IMG/VR virus record: IMGVR_UViG_3300017605_001304 | Span: 64,001-128,000 of that record | Direction: 5' to 3' (one strand) | From: a virus | DNA: 64,000 nt | Part shown: positions 35,678 through 45,244 of the stretch, in pieces | How positions within the stretch are numbered: position 1 is the first letter of the stretch | How the letters are laid out: each line of letters starts with the position of its first letter | Program-made: the position numbers and the translations under genes | The notes under the pieces: model-generated | Seen by the model: only the letters and a program-made list of their open reading frames with translations | The model's database searches: none | What the model was told of the DNA's origin: nothing

Positions 35678-37114
35678 TTACGGGTTGAGGACCTGACCCG
35701 TCGAATACATCTTGTTGTTGATCGCCTTCACACCGTACTGCGTCATCGCGCCCTTGCGCCCGATGAAGTCATCGAGCACAACGGTCGGGGTCGTGAGGAG
35801 CGGGATGTACGGCGCGTACACGTAGCCCGCGTCCATGAACGAGTTGCCCTTGAAGCCCATCACCCACTTGTCGACCGGGAAGTTCGGGTCCTTGAAGCAA
35901 TCGAAGCGACCGAGGAACTTGCCCATCTCGACGATGCCGGTGTTGCTGTGCGTCGCATACGCATTCGAGTCCGGCTTGAACTGCGGATGGGACTCGATGA
36001 CGTTCGCCACCGAGGTACCCATGACCACGAAGTTCGCCTGCCCGCGCTTCGTCGCGCTGTAGATGAGCTGGCTGCCAGTGATGAACGCATCCGCGAGCGT
36101 CAGCTTGTGCTCGGCGTAGCTGATGTTCGCCGGGGTGGCCTTGTCCCAAAGGACGTTGCCCGCGCCCGCGAAGTTGTAGAGGTCGTTGATGATCTGGCGG
36201 TCGATCTCGTACTTGATCACCTCGGCCAGAACACCGACCAGCTCCGCTTCCGCATCCAGGCCGTGGAGCGCCTGGAGGTTCTGCGAAGCCTCAAGCGACC
36301 AGTTCGCCTTGAGCTTGCGGACCTCGGCCGTGACGCTGGAGCTCGTGAGCTGCAGGTCGATGCCGGGGATTGCCGTGTTGGCCTCAGCGTCGTAGTCGTA
36401 GGTGATGAGGAGGCTCGTGGCGGTACCGCCGGTGCTCCAACCAACCGAGGCAATCGCGCCGGTCGTGTAGTTGACCGTGCCCGCGGTGATGCCCGTGCCG
36501 ATCAGGTTGCCGTTGCCATCATCCGTGAAGCTCGTGGCCGTGGTCGCACCGACGATCGTGCCGGACAGCGTGCCCGGCTTGATCGGAAGCTGACCAGAGC
36601 CCCACGTCGCGGACTGAGGCGTGGTACCGGCGAAGGTCACCGTCAACTGGGGAACGGTCGCCGAGCTGTAATACTCGGAGTTCACCGGCCCGGTCCGCGA
36701 GTCGAAGAAGGTCGAGCCCGCGGTCTGGTTGCCCTTGGTCAGGCTCAGGATGAAGTCGAGATAGAAGACCAGCGAGATCGGCCCGGACATCGGCTGGATC
36801 GACACGATCTTGTTCGCGATGAGCTCGGGATAGATCGCCCGAACCAGCGGGAACGCGAACTTGTCGAACGAACCAATGTTGAGCAGCTTGGTCGTCTCAG
36901 TCAGCGGTCGCTCGCCCGTCAGCGTGACGTTCGGCCGCGTCTTGAGCATGTGCTGTCGCTGGTTCTCCAGAAGGAGCGCCGTCCACGGGCGGGAAAGCCC
37001 GTCGAGGCCCTTCATGTAGCGCGACCACTGAGCAGACTCGGCCAGACGCTCACCCGTGGTGATCATCTCGCCGTGCTGCTCTTCATTGAACTCCTTCAGA
37101 TCGGGAGTAAGCAT
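35678..37114 (-). CDS. Major capsid protein (T4 gp23-like)
   Basis: TALLLENQ, PLVRAIYPELIA, IQPMSGP, RKLKANWSLEASQNL...HGLDAEAEL, EIDR, DAGYVYAPYIPL. Confidence 0.97.
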   Translation of the reverse strand: MLTPDLKEFNEEQHGEMITTGERLAESAQWSRYMKGLDGLSRPWTALLLENQRQHMLKTRPNVTLTGERPLTETTKLLNIGSFDKFAFPLVRAIYPELIANKIVSIQPMSGPISLVFYLDFILSLTKGNQTAGSTFFDSRTGPVNSEYYSSATVPQLTVTFAGTTPQSATWGSGQLPIKPGTLSGTIVGATTATSFTDDGNGNLIGTGITAGTVNYTTGAIASVGWSTGGTATSLLITYDYDAEANTAIPGIDLQLTSSSVTAEVRKLKANWSLEASQNLQALHGLDAEAELVGVLAEVIKYEIDRQIINDLYNFAGAGNVLWDKATPANISYAEHKLTLADAFITGSQLIYSATKRGQANFVVMGTSVANVIESHPQFKPDSNAYATHSNTGIVEMGKFLGRFDCFKDPNFPVDKWVMGFKGNSFMDAGYVYAPYIPLLTTPTVVLDDFIGRKGAMTQYGVKAINNKMYSTGQVLNP

Positions 37115-37132
37115 TGGTTTCCGAAGCTCCAA

Positions 37133-38767
37133 TCATGCACGCCGCAAAAGGCCCTTGATCATGTCGCGCTTCGTCTCCGGCTTCGGAGACGCGTCTTCGG
37201 TCAGCGGCTTCCGGTCCTGGGGACCATTGGGCAGCGCCGACTCGAATGCGGGCTGATGCGGAATGCTCGGGTCATTGTTGTCACGCGGCTGCGGGGCCAG
37301 CTTGTGCTGACCACACTGTGGGCAGGAGATTTCCTGCGCCGTGGTTTCGGCCTCGGTCACATAGTGGCAGCCTGCACAGGCGACCTTGTGAGTCGAAACC
37401 TTCGGCTTGGCGTCGGTGGCAGCGCTCTCCCGCTTGGATCGGGCAGGGTTGAACGCCTTGACCTGGATCTCGATCATTTCATCGAGTTCAGCGATCGTCT
37501 TCTGCTTACGGAGCAGTGGCTCCACCCGTCGCAGGGAGGGGTTGTCCGCAAGAGCTTCACGAATGCGGCGCAGCAGCTTCGCTTCGTCGTTGCGCTTCAC
37601 GAAGGCTTCGAGCAGAGACAGCGCCGAAGCGCGCTCCGTCCCGACCTTGTGCAGCTCCTTCAACTTCTCCGCGAGCTTCTGCTCGACCTTCCGCGTCCCG
37701 TCGATGAGCGCAGCCGCGAGCTTCTTGGCCGCCTCGAACTTGCCCTTCGGGACCGAATCGGTCGACTCCACCAGTCGCCGCTCAAGCTCGGCGATCCGGC
37801 GGTCGGCAATAGACAGCCGTGCAAACGTCTCGGCCAGGAGCTCCGAACCGGCCGAAGCCGTAGTCGCGCCCGAGAACGAGCCGTTGACGGTGACAGTGTT
37901 GGCAGAACTGGTCGTGACCGGCGGAGCAATGGCCGCCTGAACGCGCGCCGCGAACGGCGCCGCCGTCTCGTTGTACGAGCGATCCCGTGCCGCAGACGCG
38001 GCCGTACGGGACGCCTGGATGACGGCCAGGGCTTCGTCACCGTCCTTCTTCAGGGACGGCTGCTGCCCGAGCAGGGTCTGGATCTTCGACTCAGACTCAA
38101 TGAGTTCGAGAACGAACTTGTCGAGCTGCTTCGTGTCCGTGGTGGCCAGGGCTTCCTTGATCTCGTAGGCCCGGACCTGAAGGCGCCGGATCTCCGCCTG
38201 CTTTGCGTCCATGCTGGACTCCATCTTGTAAGGACCGCTCAGACTCTCCGCGAGCCGCGGGTACGCGCCTTCCACGCTCGGGGTGGAGACGAAGTCAAAG
38301 GTGTCGAGCTTGAAGCTCGCTTCCTCGACGTACTCGACTCCGTCGCGCATGACCGACGTGCCGCGCCCTCGCGAAGAGATCCCCACGGGAACTCCGGCGC
38401 GGAACAACTTCTGAAGGTGGATGCCAGGGACCGTGTCGAGGACGAGTGCTTCGCCCTGGACTTCGTCTCCCTCCAGCCACAGCTTCTTGACAATGTGTGA
38501 AACTTCGAGCAGGTGGGTCTGACCGCTGTCGGGATGCTCCACGACGCCGGTCATGCCGTTGTTACCCATCCGCTTCTGCTGCTCGGGGTTGTTGAGCTGG
38601 TTCTCCCACAAACCCCGGGTGTAGACCCGGCCGTTGCCGTTCTTCACCCCGCCCATCTGGAAGCGGCCACGCACCGTCATCCAGTTGTTGTTATCGACCT
38701 TCTCTTGAAGGACTGTGAACTTGGCGGGAGCAAGATGTTCAATGAGAGGCTTGAGGTCGCCGCTCAT
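37133..38767 (-). CDS. Prohead protease (gp21-like) fused to a coiled-coil scaffold
   Basis: KNGNGRVY, EHP, VSH, GISSRGRG, FDFVSTPS; then ~350 aa helical region with CAGC/CPQC. Confidence 0.92.
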   Translation of the reverse strand: MSGDLKPLIEHLAPAKFTVLQEKVDNNNWMTVRGRFQMGGVKNGNGRVYTRGLWENQLNNPEQQKRMGNNGMTGVVEHPDSGQTHLLEVSHIVKKLWLEGDEVQGEALVLDTVPGIHLQKLFRAGVPVGISSRGRGTSVMRDGVEYVEEASFKLDTFDFVSTPSVEGAYPRLAESLSGPYKMESSMDAKQAEIRRLQVRAYEIKEALATTDTKQLDKFVLELIESESKIQTLLGQQPSLKKDGDEALAVIQASRTAASAARDRSYNETAAPFAARVQAAIAPPVTTSSANTVTVNGSFSGATTASAGSELLAETFARLSIADRRIAELERRLVESTDSVPKGKFEAAKKLAAALIDGTRKVEQKLAEKLKELHKVGTERASALSLLEAFVKRNDEAKLLRRIREALADNPSLRRVEPLLRKQKTIAELDEMIEIQVKAFNPARSKRESAATDAKPKVSTHKVACAGCHYVTEAETTAQEISCPQCGQHKLAPQPRDNNDPSIPHQPAFESALPNGPQDRKPLTEDASPKPETKRDMIKGLLRRA

Positions 38768-40332
38768 TAGCGGCGCCTCAGTGACTCGACCCCCGTAGCC
38801 GGGGGATCGTTCATGCGGGCGGCCCATTCTCCCCACTTGCCGAAGTTCGCCTTCCGGCGCGGGGGACCGTTCGCCGCCCAGTGCTTGAATACGTCAGCGT
38901 TGAAGCGCGGGTTCTGCCGCCGCATGACTTCGCAAATCGCGTTGATTGTTTCCGACGTCGCCTTGCTCGTGTGCAAAGCAACCGCGATTTCCTCGAAGTC
39001 CTTTTTCGAGAGGGCTTCCTTCTTCGGCTTGTTCTTATCGCGGATCGCCTTGAAGTCGATTTGCTTGCCGGTCCCCTCGCAGTCAGGGCAGTTGTCGCGG
39101 TGCACGCCCGGCTTGCAGTGACATGGCTTGCCCGTCTTCGGCTGGTAGGACTCGAAGGCCGGGGGCTTCTTCTCTTCAGGCTCGTCGCCATCCGGTTCCG
39201 CCTGGGGCTCCGGCGGCTCGTCACCCATCTCGTCCCCGTCCGGCTCCTCTTCGGGCGGCGGAGGCTGCTCCTCCAGGAAGTGCCCGAAGTCCTCAGCAAG
39301 TCCCTGGTCGTCCAGGAACTTGGTGATCAGCTCCATCGCATAGTCGTCGTCTGCGCCCGTCTGCGACTTGTAGTCGTCGACGATCGCAGCCGCCGTGATC
39401 GTTTCCTCGACGTCCGGAGGTCCGTCGGAAGGCGGATCAACTTCCGGCTCTTCGGTCGGCAGCGGCGGAGCGTCCGCATCTTCACCCAGCGCGGCGAGCA
39501 CTCGCTCCAGCGAGGCGTTGCTCTCCAGCGCCGCGATCGCGCGGTCGATCTTCTCGTTCAACTTGACCTCTCCGCCGTAGGCGTTGAGCAGGTCCTTGGT
39601 CCACTCAGCCTGAGTGGACGGGATCTGCAGCGTGTTCGCCACCGACTCGATCGTCTGACCAGAACGGAACAAAGCCAAAGCCTGTCCGACCTGGGCGATC
39701 GAGAGCCCGACGCGTGCCGCAATCTGAGCGGCCATGATCGGCGGGTCGTATTCGAGGGACGCCTCTCGCAGCGCGTTCCCAGACTTAGGCACGAATGCCT
39801 CCTTTCTGTCCTTGGGAGGTGTCCGACCACGGCTCTTCGCGTATTCGGCATCGCGCCGCATCAGCTCCTTCCCAACAGCCGCCTGCTTTTTCTTCTGAGC
39901 AGGCGTCGGGGGCTTCTGCTGCTTCAGCGTTTGCATCGACTTCTGGAACGCCTGACTGGGACGCACGGGCCACGTCCCACTTGCCGCCCTAGAGCCCCGA
40001 AGGGTCACGGGATCCCGCACAATGTGGAACGCTTTGTAGTAGAAGTTGTCAGGCCACTGTCCGCGGTAACCGAAGTTCGCGCGGATGTAGCGTTGCAGGT
40101 AGCGCAGACCAGCGAGTCGAGACACGTGGCGCGCCAACCGGACAAACTTCTCGTAGACCCACCAGTGGACGGGGAACCAGTAATCCTTGCGACGCTTGCT
40201 GCCGAGGGTGAGGATCAACTCACCGACGTCGAGCGGATCAGACTTCGAGTAGGTGAGGCTCTTGATCCCCATCCACTCAGGTTGATCTCCCAGGATTTCA
40301 AGCAGCCCCTTCTCGGGGTTGACTGTGAGCAT
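38767..40332 (-). CDS. Modular prohead core-like protein
   Basis: Basic, HTH-like, acidic, CxC...CxxC and KKDF...NPRF modules separated by E-A/E-S sites. Confidence 0.6.
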   Translation of the reverse strand: MLTVNPEKGLLEILGDQPEWMGIKSLTYSKSDPLDVGELILTLGSKRRKDYWFPVHWWVYEKFVRLARHVSRLAGLRYLQRYIRANFGYRGQWPDNFYYKAFHIVRDPVTLRGSRAASGTWPVRPSQAFQKSMQTLKQQKPPTPAQKKKQAAVGKELMRRDAEYAKSRGRTPPKDRKEAFVPKSGNALREASLEYDPPIMAAQIAARVGLSIAQVGQALALFRSGQTIESVANTLQIPSTQAEWTKDLLNAYGGEVKLNEKIDRAIAALESNASLERVLAALGEDADAPPLPTEEPEVDPPSDGPPDVEETITAAAIVDDYKSQTGADDDYAMELITKFLDDQGLAEDFGHFLEEQPPPPEEEPDGDEMGDEPPEPQAEPDGDEPEEKKPPAFESYQPKTGKPCHCKPGVHRDNCPDCEGTGKQIDFKAIRDKNKPKKEALSKKDFEEIAVALHTSKATSETINAICEVMRRQNPRFNADVFKHWAANGPPRRKANFGKWGEWAARMNDPPATGVESLRRR

Positions 40333-40350
40333 CCTGGATCTCCTACGTCA

Positions 40351-40779
40351 TCAGGACGTGGTGACGATGTTGCTGATTCCCGTAAGACGCGCCTTGATCG
40401 TGCAAGACGAGCTCGTCACGGTGCCGGTGCCCTGCACCGAGACCTGGATGTGCGTGTCCTGCACCGACAGCGGCGCCACCTGGATCTGCAGGTCGTCCGC
40501 CGAGGTATCGCACGTCCGGTCGTACTCATGCGCGATGAAGTACGTGGTGCCACCGTCGTTGCTGATCTGCACCTGAATGATCATGTTGGTGAGCGAGCCG
40601 AGCGTGAACGTGATCTGGATCGTCGCACCGGTCGTGCGCAGCGTGCCGGGGTTGACCCCCCACGTCGCCGCGCCCGCGTGCTCCAGGTCGAGCGCCGAGC
40701 TGAGGACCGCACCGGTCGTCAGGATCGCCGCCGCCCGCAGCGTCTGATACGCACCGATCGCCGCATTGGTCGTTGCCAT
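40351..40779 (-). CDS. Small beta-sandwich virion protein
   Basis: VQISNDGGTTYF; similar to its neighbour. Confidence 0.6.
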   Translation of the reverse strand: MATTNAAIGAYQTLRAAAILTTGAVLSSALDLEHAGAATWGVNPGTLRTTGATIQITFTLGSLTNMIIQVQISNDGGTTYFIAHEYDRTCDTSADDLQIQVAPLSVQDTHIQVSVQGTGTVTSSSCTIKARLTGISNIVTTS

Positions 40780-40791
40780 GTAGAAAGCTCC

Positions 40792-41196
40792 TTAGCTCAC
40801 GAGGACCGGGACCGGCGCGCGATCGAAGCGGGCCTGGACCACAAGAGTTGAACCCGTACCCGCGGCCTTGGCCGTGATGCGAACCCGACGGGCCGCCGAG
40901 CCAGCAATCGCGCCGAGGTTGACCACGACACGCCACTTCTCGTTGGCGCCGATGTCCGCGCCCACGGTGGTGTTCGTCGTGCCACGAATCGTGTCCGGGC
41001 AGATGAACCACGTGGCCCCGCCGTCATCGCTCACGTCGACGTGGTACTCGTTCAGCGCATCCGTCGAGAACGTGAACGTGTTGTAGACGTACAGATAGTG
41101 CGCGCCCTTGCTGAGCAGGGTCGTCGAGAACTTCTGGGACGCGGACGTCGCGCCGCTCATGACCGTCGTCAGAGAGCCGAATGCCTCATTGGCCAT
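40792..41196 (-). CDS. Small beta-sandwich virion protein
   Basis: VDVSDDGGATWF; similar to its neighbour. Confidence 0.6.
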   Translation of the reverse strand: MANEAFGSLTTVMSGATSASQKFSTTLLSKGAHYLYVYNTFTFSTDALNEYHVDVSDDGGATWFICPDTIRGTTNTTVGADIGANEKWRVVVNLGAIAGSAARRVRITAKAAGTGSTLVVQARFDRAPVPVLVS

Positions 41197-41199
41197 TGC

Positions 41200-41583
41200 T
41201 TATCTCCTATGATTGATGCGATGGAGCGGCGGCTGGTCGTCGAATGGACTCTGCCACTGCAGTTCCTCGAACGGGACACGCGACCCGAAGGTCGCGGACG
41301 CCAGTCCCTCGATCTCCATCGCGCGGACATCTTCAGGCTGGTCGTCGGGAACGACGATGTTGTGGTGCAGCAAGTCGTAGGACACGCGCCGTCGGTTCCA
41401 GACGAAGTCGACGACACGTGACGCGTTCGGGCACCCGAGCGCCGCGAGCCACTCGCTGAGCTCGCTGTGCGACAGCACGTAGCTGTCGTTCAGCAATCTG
41501 ACTTCGATCTCGTCGGAGTCCGGCAGGTGGTCCAACTCGAACGTCGCGAAGCCCTTGGTCGGCGGCTTGAGCCGATAGAACAT
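41200..41583 (-). CDS. Hypothetical protein
   Basis: TGATG overlap. Confidence 0.6.
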   Translation of the reverse strand: MFYRLKPPTKGFATFELDHLPDSDEIEVRLLNDSYVLSHSELSEWLAALGCPNASRVVDFVWNRRRVSYDLLHHNIVVPDDQPEDVRAMEIEGLASATFGSRVPFEELQWQSPFDDQPPLHRINHRR

Positions 41584-42677
41584 CAGTCCTTCTCCTCGTC
41601 GGTGTCCGACTTGAGCTCCTCCGGCTCCTCGTCCTCCTCGTCGGAGGACCCCTCCAGGTCCGGAAGCTCGGACGCCGTTTCCATGTCTCCGTCGATCTCC
41701 ATGGGCTCCATGCCCATCGGAGGCTCCGGCATCACCGGGTCGACCGAGACGATGCTGCTCGCGGTCGCCGGGATCGATGCGCCGTTGACGTCGAGGATCC
41801 AGCCGTCGGCACCCCGCTTGACTGCGAGGCCCGTCTTATGGTTGCCGGCGGCGTCCTTCACCGTGACGTTGTCGCCGGACTGGATCGACATCAGCAGTGC
41901 GTCCGTCTCGGTGAGGATGTCCCCCGAGAGGACCTTGTCGAGCGCCGTCTGGGGAGCCATGCCGGCCTCGACCAGCCGCAGGCCAAGCCCCACACGCCGG
42001 CCCGCCAGCGTCGGATCGTGCTTGCTTTCAGTCATGCCGTAATGGCTCCTGTAACAGTCGGCGTTGCAAAACGCCTTGTGGTCCTTCCAGCTCACGTTGC
42101 GCGTGAGCGGATTCTCGTGACCGTAGGTGTAGACCTTGCCCTCGCGCGAGCAGCCAGAGCACTGGCCCTGGTGACGCATCGGCTTGCGCACGAGCCGACC
42201 CGAGACAGCCGGAACAGAGGTCGTCGCGCTCGAAGGCCCGCCGCCGAGCAGTGATGCGGACTTCGGGCCCATGTCGAGCTTGCTGGCCTCTTTCACGTCC
42301 GTCTCCTTGGAGTCGTCCGACTTCTTCTTGTTGGCAGCGCCGAGCGCCTTGCCCATGTTGGCTTCGTCGTCCCCGTTCTCGGCGTCGGAGACGTACTCGT
42401 CCCATGCGTCGCCCGCTTCCTGGTCCGTCTTGAACGGTTCGACGGTGACGAAGCCTTCCTTGTCCTCGATCACGATCGCGGCCACGGTGTTGTCGTAGCC
42501 GTGGCCCGCCTGATCGAGCTCTTTCCGAGTCTCGTCGTCCAAGGCCAGCAACGTCGCCTGCCAGCCGTTGGTCTTCGTGTCGCCAACCTTGGCAGCGTCG
42601 TCGGTTTTCATCGCGATCGCGTGGAGCATCTTCTCCACGTTGTCGCCGTAGCGCCCCGTGGTTGGCTCGTACTGCAT
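41583..42677 (-). CDS. Modular acidic head protein with Zn finger
   Basis: CSGC...FCNADC; KE-A, TE-S and LTE-T linkers. Confidence 0.6.
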   Translation of the reverse strand: MQYEPTTGRYGDNVEKMLHAIAMKTDDAAKVGDTKTNGWQATLLALDDETRKELDQAGHGYDNTVAAIVIEDKEGFVTVEPFKTDQEAGDAWDEYVSDAENGDDEANMGKALGAANKKKSDDSKETDVKEASKLDMGPKSASLLGGGPSSATTSVPAVSGRLVRKPMRHQGQCSGCSREGKVYTYGHENPLTRNVSWKDHKAFCNADCYRSHYGMTESKHDPTLAGRRVGLGLRLVEAGMAPQTALDKVLSGDILTETDALLMSIQSGDNVTVKDAAGNHKTGLAVKRGADGWILDVNGASIPATASSIVSVDPVMPEPPMGMEPMEIDGDMETASELPDLEGSSDEEDEEPEELKSDTDEEKD

Positions 42678-43027
42678 CAGGGGGCGTCCGCGAGCTTGAT
42701 CGTCTGGCCCTCGGTGACGCCGCAATCCGCCCAGCACTTGCCGAGGTCAGGCAGGTCGTAGTACGTGCCCGTGCCGCCGTCGAAGCGGACCTTGATCTTC
42801 GCCTTGTTGTTGGTCGCAGCAGCCCACGCGGTTGAGCCGGGGAGGATGCCGAGGCGCGAGAGGATGTTCTGCATCTCCAGGATGATTGGGCGATTCGGGG
42901 AGATGCCGACGATGAACGTCGCAGCGGTGCTAAACCCGGTGACCCCGGTCGCGTCGACCGTGATGTACTTCGTACCGATGGTCCCAGCGATGTGGCTGGT
43001 ACCGATACCGATCTGGGGGGCAGCCAT
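42677..43027 (-). CDS. Hypothetical protein
   Basis: GAGGAG SD. Confidence 0.6.
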   Translation of the reverse strand: MAAPQIGIGTSHIAGTIGTKYITVDATGVTGFSTAATFIVGISPNRPIILEMQNILSRLGILPGSTAWAAATNNKAKIKVRFDGGTGTYYDLPDLGKCWADCGVTEGQTIKLADAP

Positions 43028-43044
43028 GTCTGGGGCTCCTCAAC

Positions 43045-43077
43045 GTCCCTCCCCCACGTCTGAGGTGGAGGAGGGAC
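43045..43077 (-). terminator. Intergenic hairpin
   Basis: 13-bp stem, completed by one G.U pair on the minus strand. Confidence 0.5.
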
Positions 43078-43090
43078 ACCGGAAAACAAC

Positions 43091-43378
43091 TCAGCTCGGC
43101 AGCGTGCCCGTCGGGGGCTGCCACGTCGCGAGCTTGTCCGCGAGGGCCGCCGCGGTGACGTTGTCGAACTCGATCATCACCCACGTCTTGCCCGTCGGGA
43201 CCGTACCCGCCGCCGAGCCCGCGATCTGGAAGAACACCTTGCGGTTCGGGTCCAGCGCGTACAGCGCGGACGCCTTCTGGGCACCGCCGCGGTTCGCGAT
43301 CGCTTCCGTCACGATCCGCACCAACTGCTGGCCAAGGATGTTCGTCGTCGTCGAAAGAACGTCCGCCATGTGACTCAA
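43091..43378 (-). CDS. Hypothetical protein
   Basis: In-operon ORF. Confidence 0.6.
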   Translation of the reverse strand: MSHMADVLSTTTNILGQQLVRIVTEAIANRGGAQKASALYALDPNRKVFFQIAGSAAGTVPTGKTWVMIEFDNVTAAALADKLATWQPPTGTLPS

Positions 43379-43887
43379 GCTCCTGTCATTTGCCGCTCAG
43401 AGAGCAGCAGCCGTTCACGCAACTCTCGAACACGCACTGGATCACGATGGGCCTCCGAGAGTCGCGTGAGGACACGCACCGCGAGCGCGTGATCCTGGGA
43501 ACTCAGAAGCGGACCCACCGCTGCCCCAGACTTTGTTTTCGCTTCGTAGCGCGAGAGGTACTCGTCGTACGACTCGTGCTTCGCCTTCTTGAAGGTCTTC
43601 GCGAGACTGCAGCGCTTAGCAGTCGTGCCGGTATGTTTGCCGGCGCAGAACTGCGAAACGGTCTCGCCTGCGCTCTGGGCCTGCTTCGTGAGCGCGCCCT
43701 TCTTCAGCTTGAGCTTCTGCATCCACTTCGCTTCCGTCGTGCTGCGCAGCGAATAGGGCTGCCGCGGCTTCGGAGGCGGGTCGTCGTAGTCCACGTAGTA
43801 GTACGTGTAGACCGCGCTCTCTTGCAGGACCTTGGCGGGCGCAGCGCCATTCGCCACGGCCTCGATGGCTTTGTCGAGTGGGTCCAT
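43375..43887 (-). CDS. Modular head protein with a basic KW...KKGAL...LAKTF module
   Basis: QES, TEA and HES linkers. Confidence 0.55.
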   Translation of the reverse strand: MDPLDKAIEAVANGAAPAKVLQESAVYTYYYVDYDDPPPKPRQPYSLRSTTEAKWMQKLKLKKGALTKQAQSAGETVSQFCAGKHTGTTAKRCSLAKTFKKAKHESYDEYLSRYEAKTKSGAAVGPLLSSQDHALAVRVLTRLSEAHRDPVRVRELRERLLLSERQMTGA

Positions 43888-43889
43888 GG

Positions 43890-44306
43890 TTACTTCCCCG
43901 CAAGCCAAACGGATGCACGGGTCACCGTGCCGAATGACACGATGTCGAGCTTGACCTGCTTCAGCCCTTGGCCGTCGATCGCCGCAAGCCCGGTACATCC
44001 CGAGAGCACGGACGGAAAGGACGTGTGGTTCGCCGCGCCACCACCAGTAAATGTGCCCACCTGCGACGTGCCAGTCGTGTCAGACACGGCGGTGAACGTC
44101 AGGCCCTGGATGAGCTGATGGTTGTTGCCGTCCGAGCTAAGCCAGCGGACGCGCAGGACCACCGTGCCCGACGCGCCGTTGGTCTCGACCTTGACCAGGA
44201 TTCCGTTGCTGATCGCATCCAGCGTGTAGGTGTTCGCGCCCGAGCCGGCGGTGGCGTCGTTGAACTCTTTCTGGAAGACGTTCCGCGCCAAGTTCAGTGC
44301 GGCCAT
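43890..44306 (-). CDS. FQKEF-family beta protein (copy 1)
   Basis: RNVFQKEF...NTYTL...GILVKVE...SVWLAG. Confidence 0.7.
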   Translation of the reverse strand: MAALNLARNVFQKEFNDATAGSGANTYTLDAISNGILVKVETNGASGTVVLRVRWLSSDGNNHQLIQGLTFTAVSDTTGTSQVGTFTGGGAANHTSFPSVLSGCTGLAAIDGQGLKQVKLDIVSFGTVTRASVWLAGK

Positions 44307-44334
44307 TTACAGCTCCTGAGATAGACGTCCACGA

Positions 44335-44769
44335 CTAGTTCCCCGCGACCCAGACTGAACAGGCGGTGACGCTGCCCGTGAATGAGACCACGTCAATCCG
44401 GACTCGGTGCATTCCGTAAGAAGGAATGGCCGCCAGCCCGGTCGCGCCCGCCAACAGTGCGGGGAAGGTGTCGTGGTCTCCACCCGCCTGCGAGGCCCCG
44501 GTCGTGTCGGTGGTCGAGGTGAAGGTCAGGCCCTGCTGGACCTGATAGTTGCCGCCATCGCTGCTGTACCACCGCAAGCGCAGGATGACCGTCCCTGACG
44601 CGTTGTTACATTCCACCTTGAGCAGGATGCCCGTGCTGAGCGCGTCGAGGACATACGTGTTCATCCCCGGGGCCGCGCCCGACGTTGTGAATTCTTTCTG
44701 GAATGTGCCACGCAGAAGTGGCGGAGATGCAGTGATGAATACGTCTGCGCCCAGGTTTAGCGTGGGCAT
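44335..44769 (-). CDS. FQKEF-family beta protein (copy 2)
   Basis: RGTFQKEF...NTYVL...GILLKVE...SVWVAG. Confidence 0.7.
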   Translation of the reverse strand: MPTLNLGADVFITASPPLLRGTFQKEFTTSGAAPGMNTYVLDALSTGILLKVECNNASGTVILRLRWYSSDGGNYQVQQGLTFTSTTDTTGASQAGGDHDTFPALLAGATGLAAIPSYGMHRVRIDVVSFTGSVTACSVWVAGN

Positions 44770-45066
44770 TTAGGCGCTCTCCTCGTGCCCCCGTGTCTTC
44801 TCGGGGTACTTCTGCAGGTACATATCCAGCAGTCGACGAAAGAGGTCGTTCTGCTCCGCGGTGTAACGCTTCGTCAATGCGAAGCTCCGCGCATTCGTGA
44901 AGATGTGCCCGCCGACCTGCTTGTGCCAATCGAGGAAGTGAATCAGGTCCTCGCCGATCTTCAGGTCTCGCAGCGAGACGCTGCCCGGCTGATCCAGCCC
45001 GCGCCACTTGCCACCACGGGTGGGCGGCAGGACGTCCCGTTCGGGACGATCGTCAGGAAGCGCCAC
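44770..45066 (-). CDS. Hypothetical protein
   Basis: GGAGG SD. Confidence 0.55.
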   Translation of the reverse strand: MALPDDRPERDVLPPTRGGKWRGLDQPGSVSLRDLKIGEDLIHFLDWHKQVGGHIFTNARSFALTKRYTAEQNDLFRRLLDMYLQKYPEKTRGHEESA

Positions 45067-45238
45067 GGCCGCCTCCGAGCTGCGGGTAGACCTGCAGCAA
45101 GGCGCGCGTCAACGCGCCCCAGTCCACGTCATTGGTCATGACGAGGTCCAAGTGATAGGTCGCGAGCTCCGCAGGCTTCTCGCTCTCCTCGAAGAACTGC
45201 TTGACGAGCGCAGCCGCAATCTTTCGAGAAGAGGGCAT
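45053..45238 (-). CDS. Small protein with tag-like N-terminus
   Basis: MPSSRKIAAALVKQFFEES. Confidence 0.55.
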   Translation of the reverse strand: MPSSRKIAAALVKQFFEESEKPAELATYHLDLVMTNDVDWGALTRALLQVYPQLGGGRGAS

Positions 45239-45244
45239 GAGACC

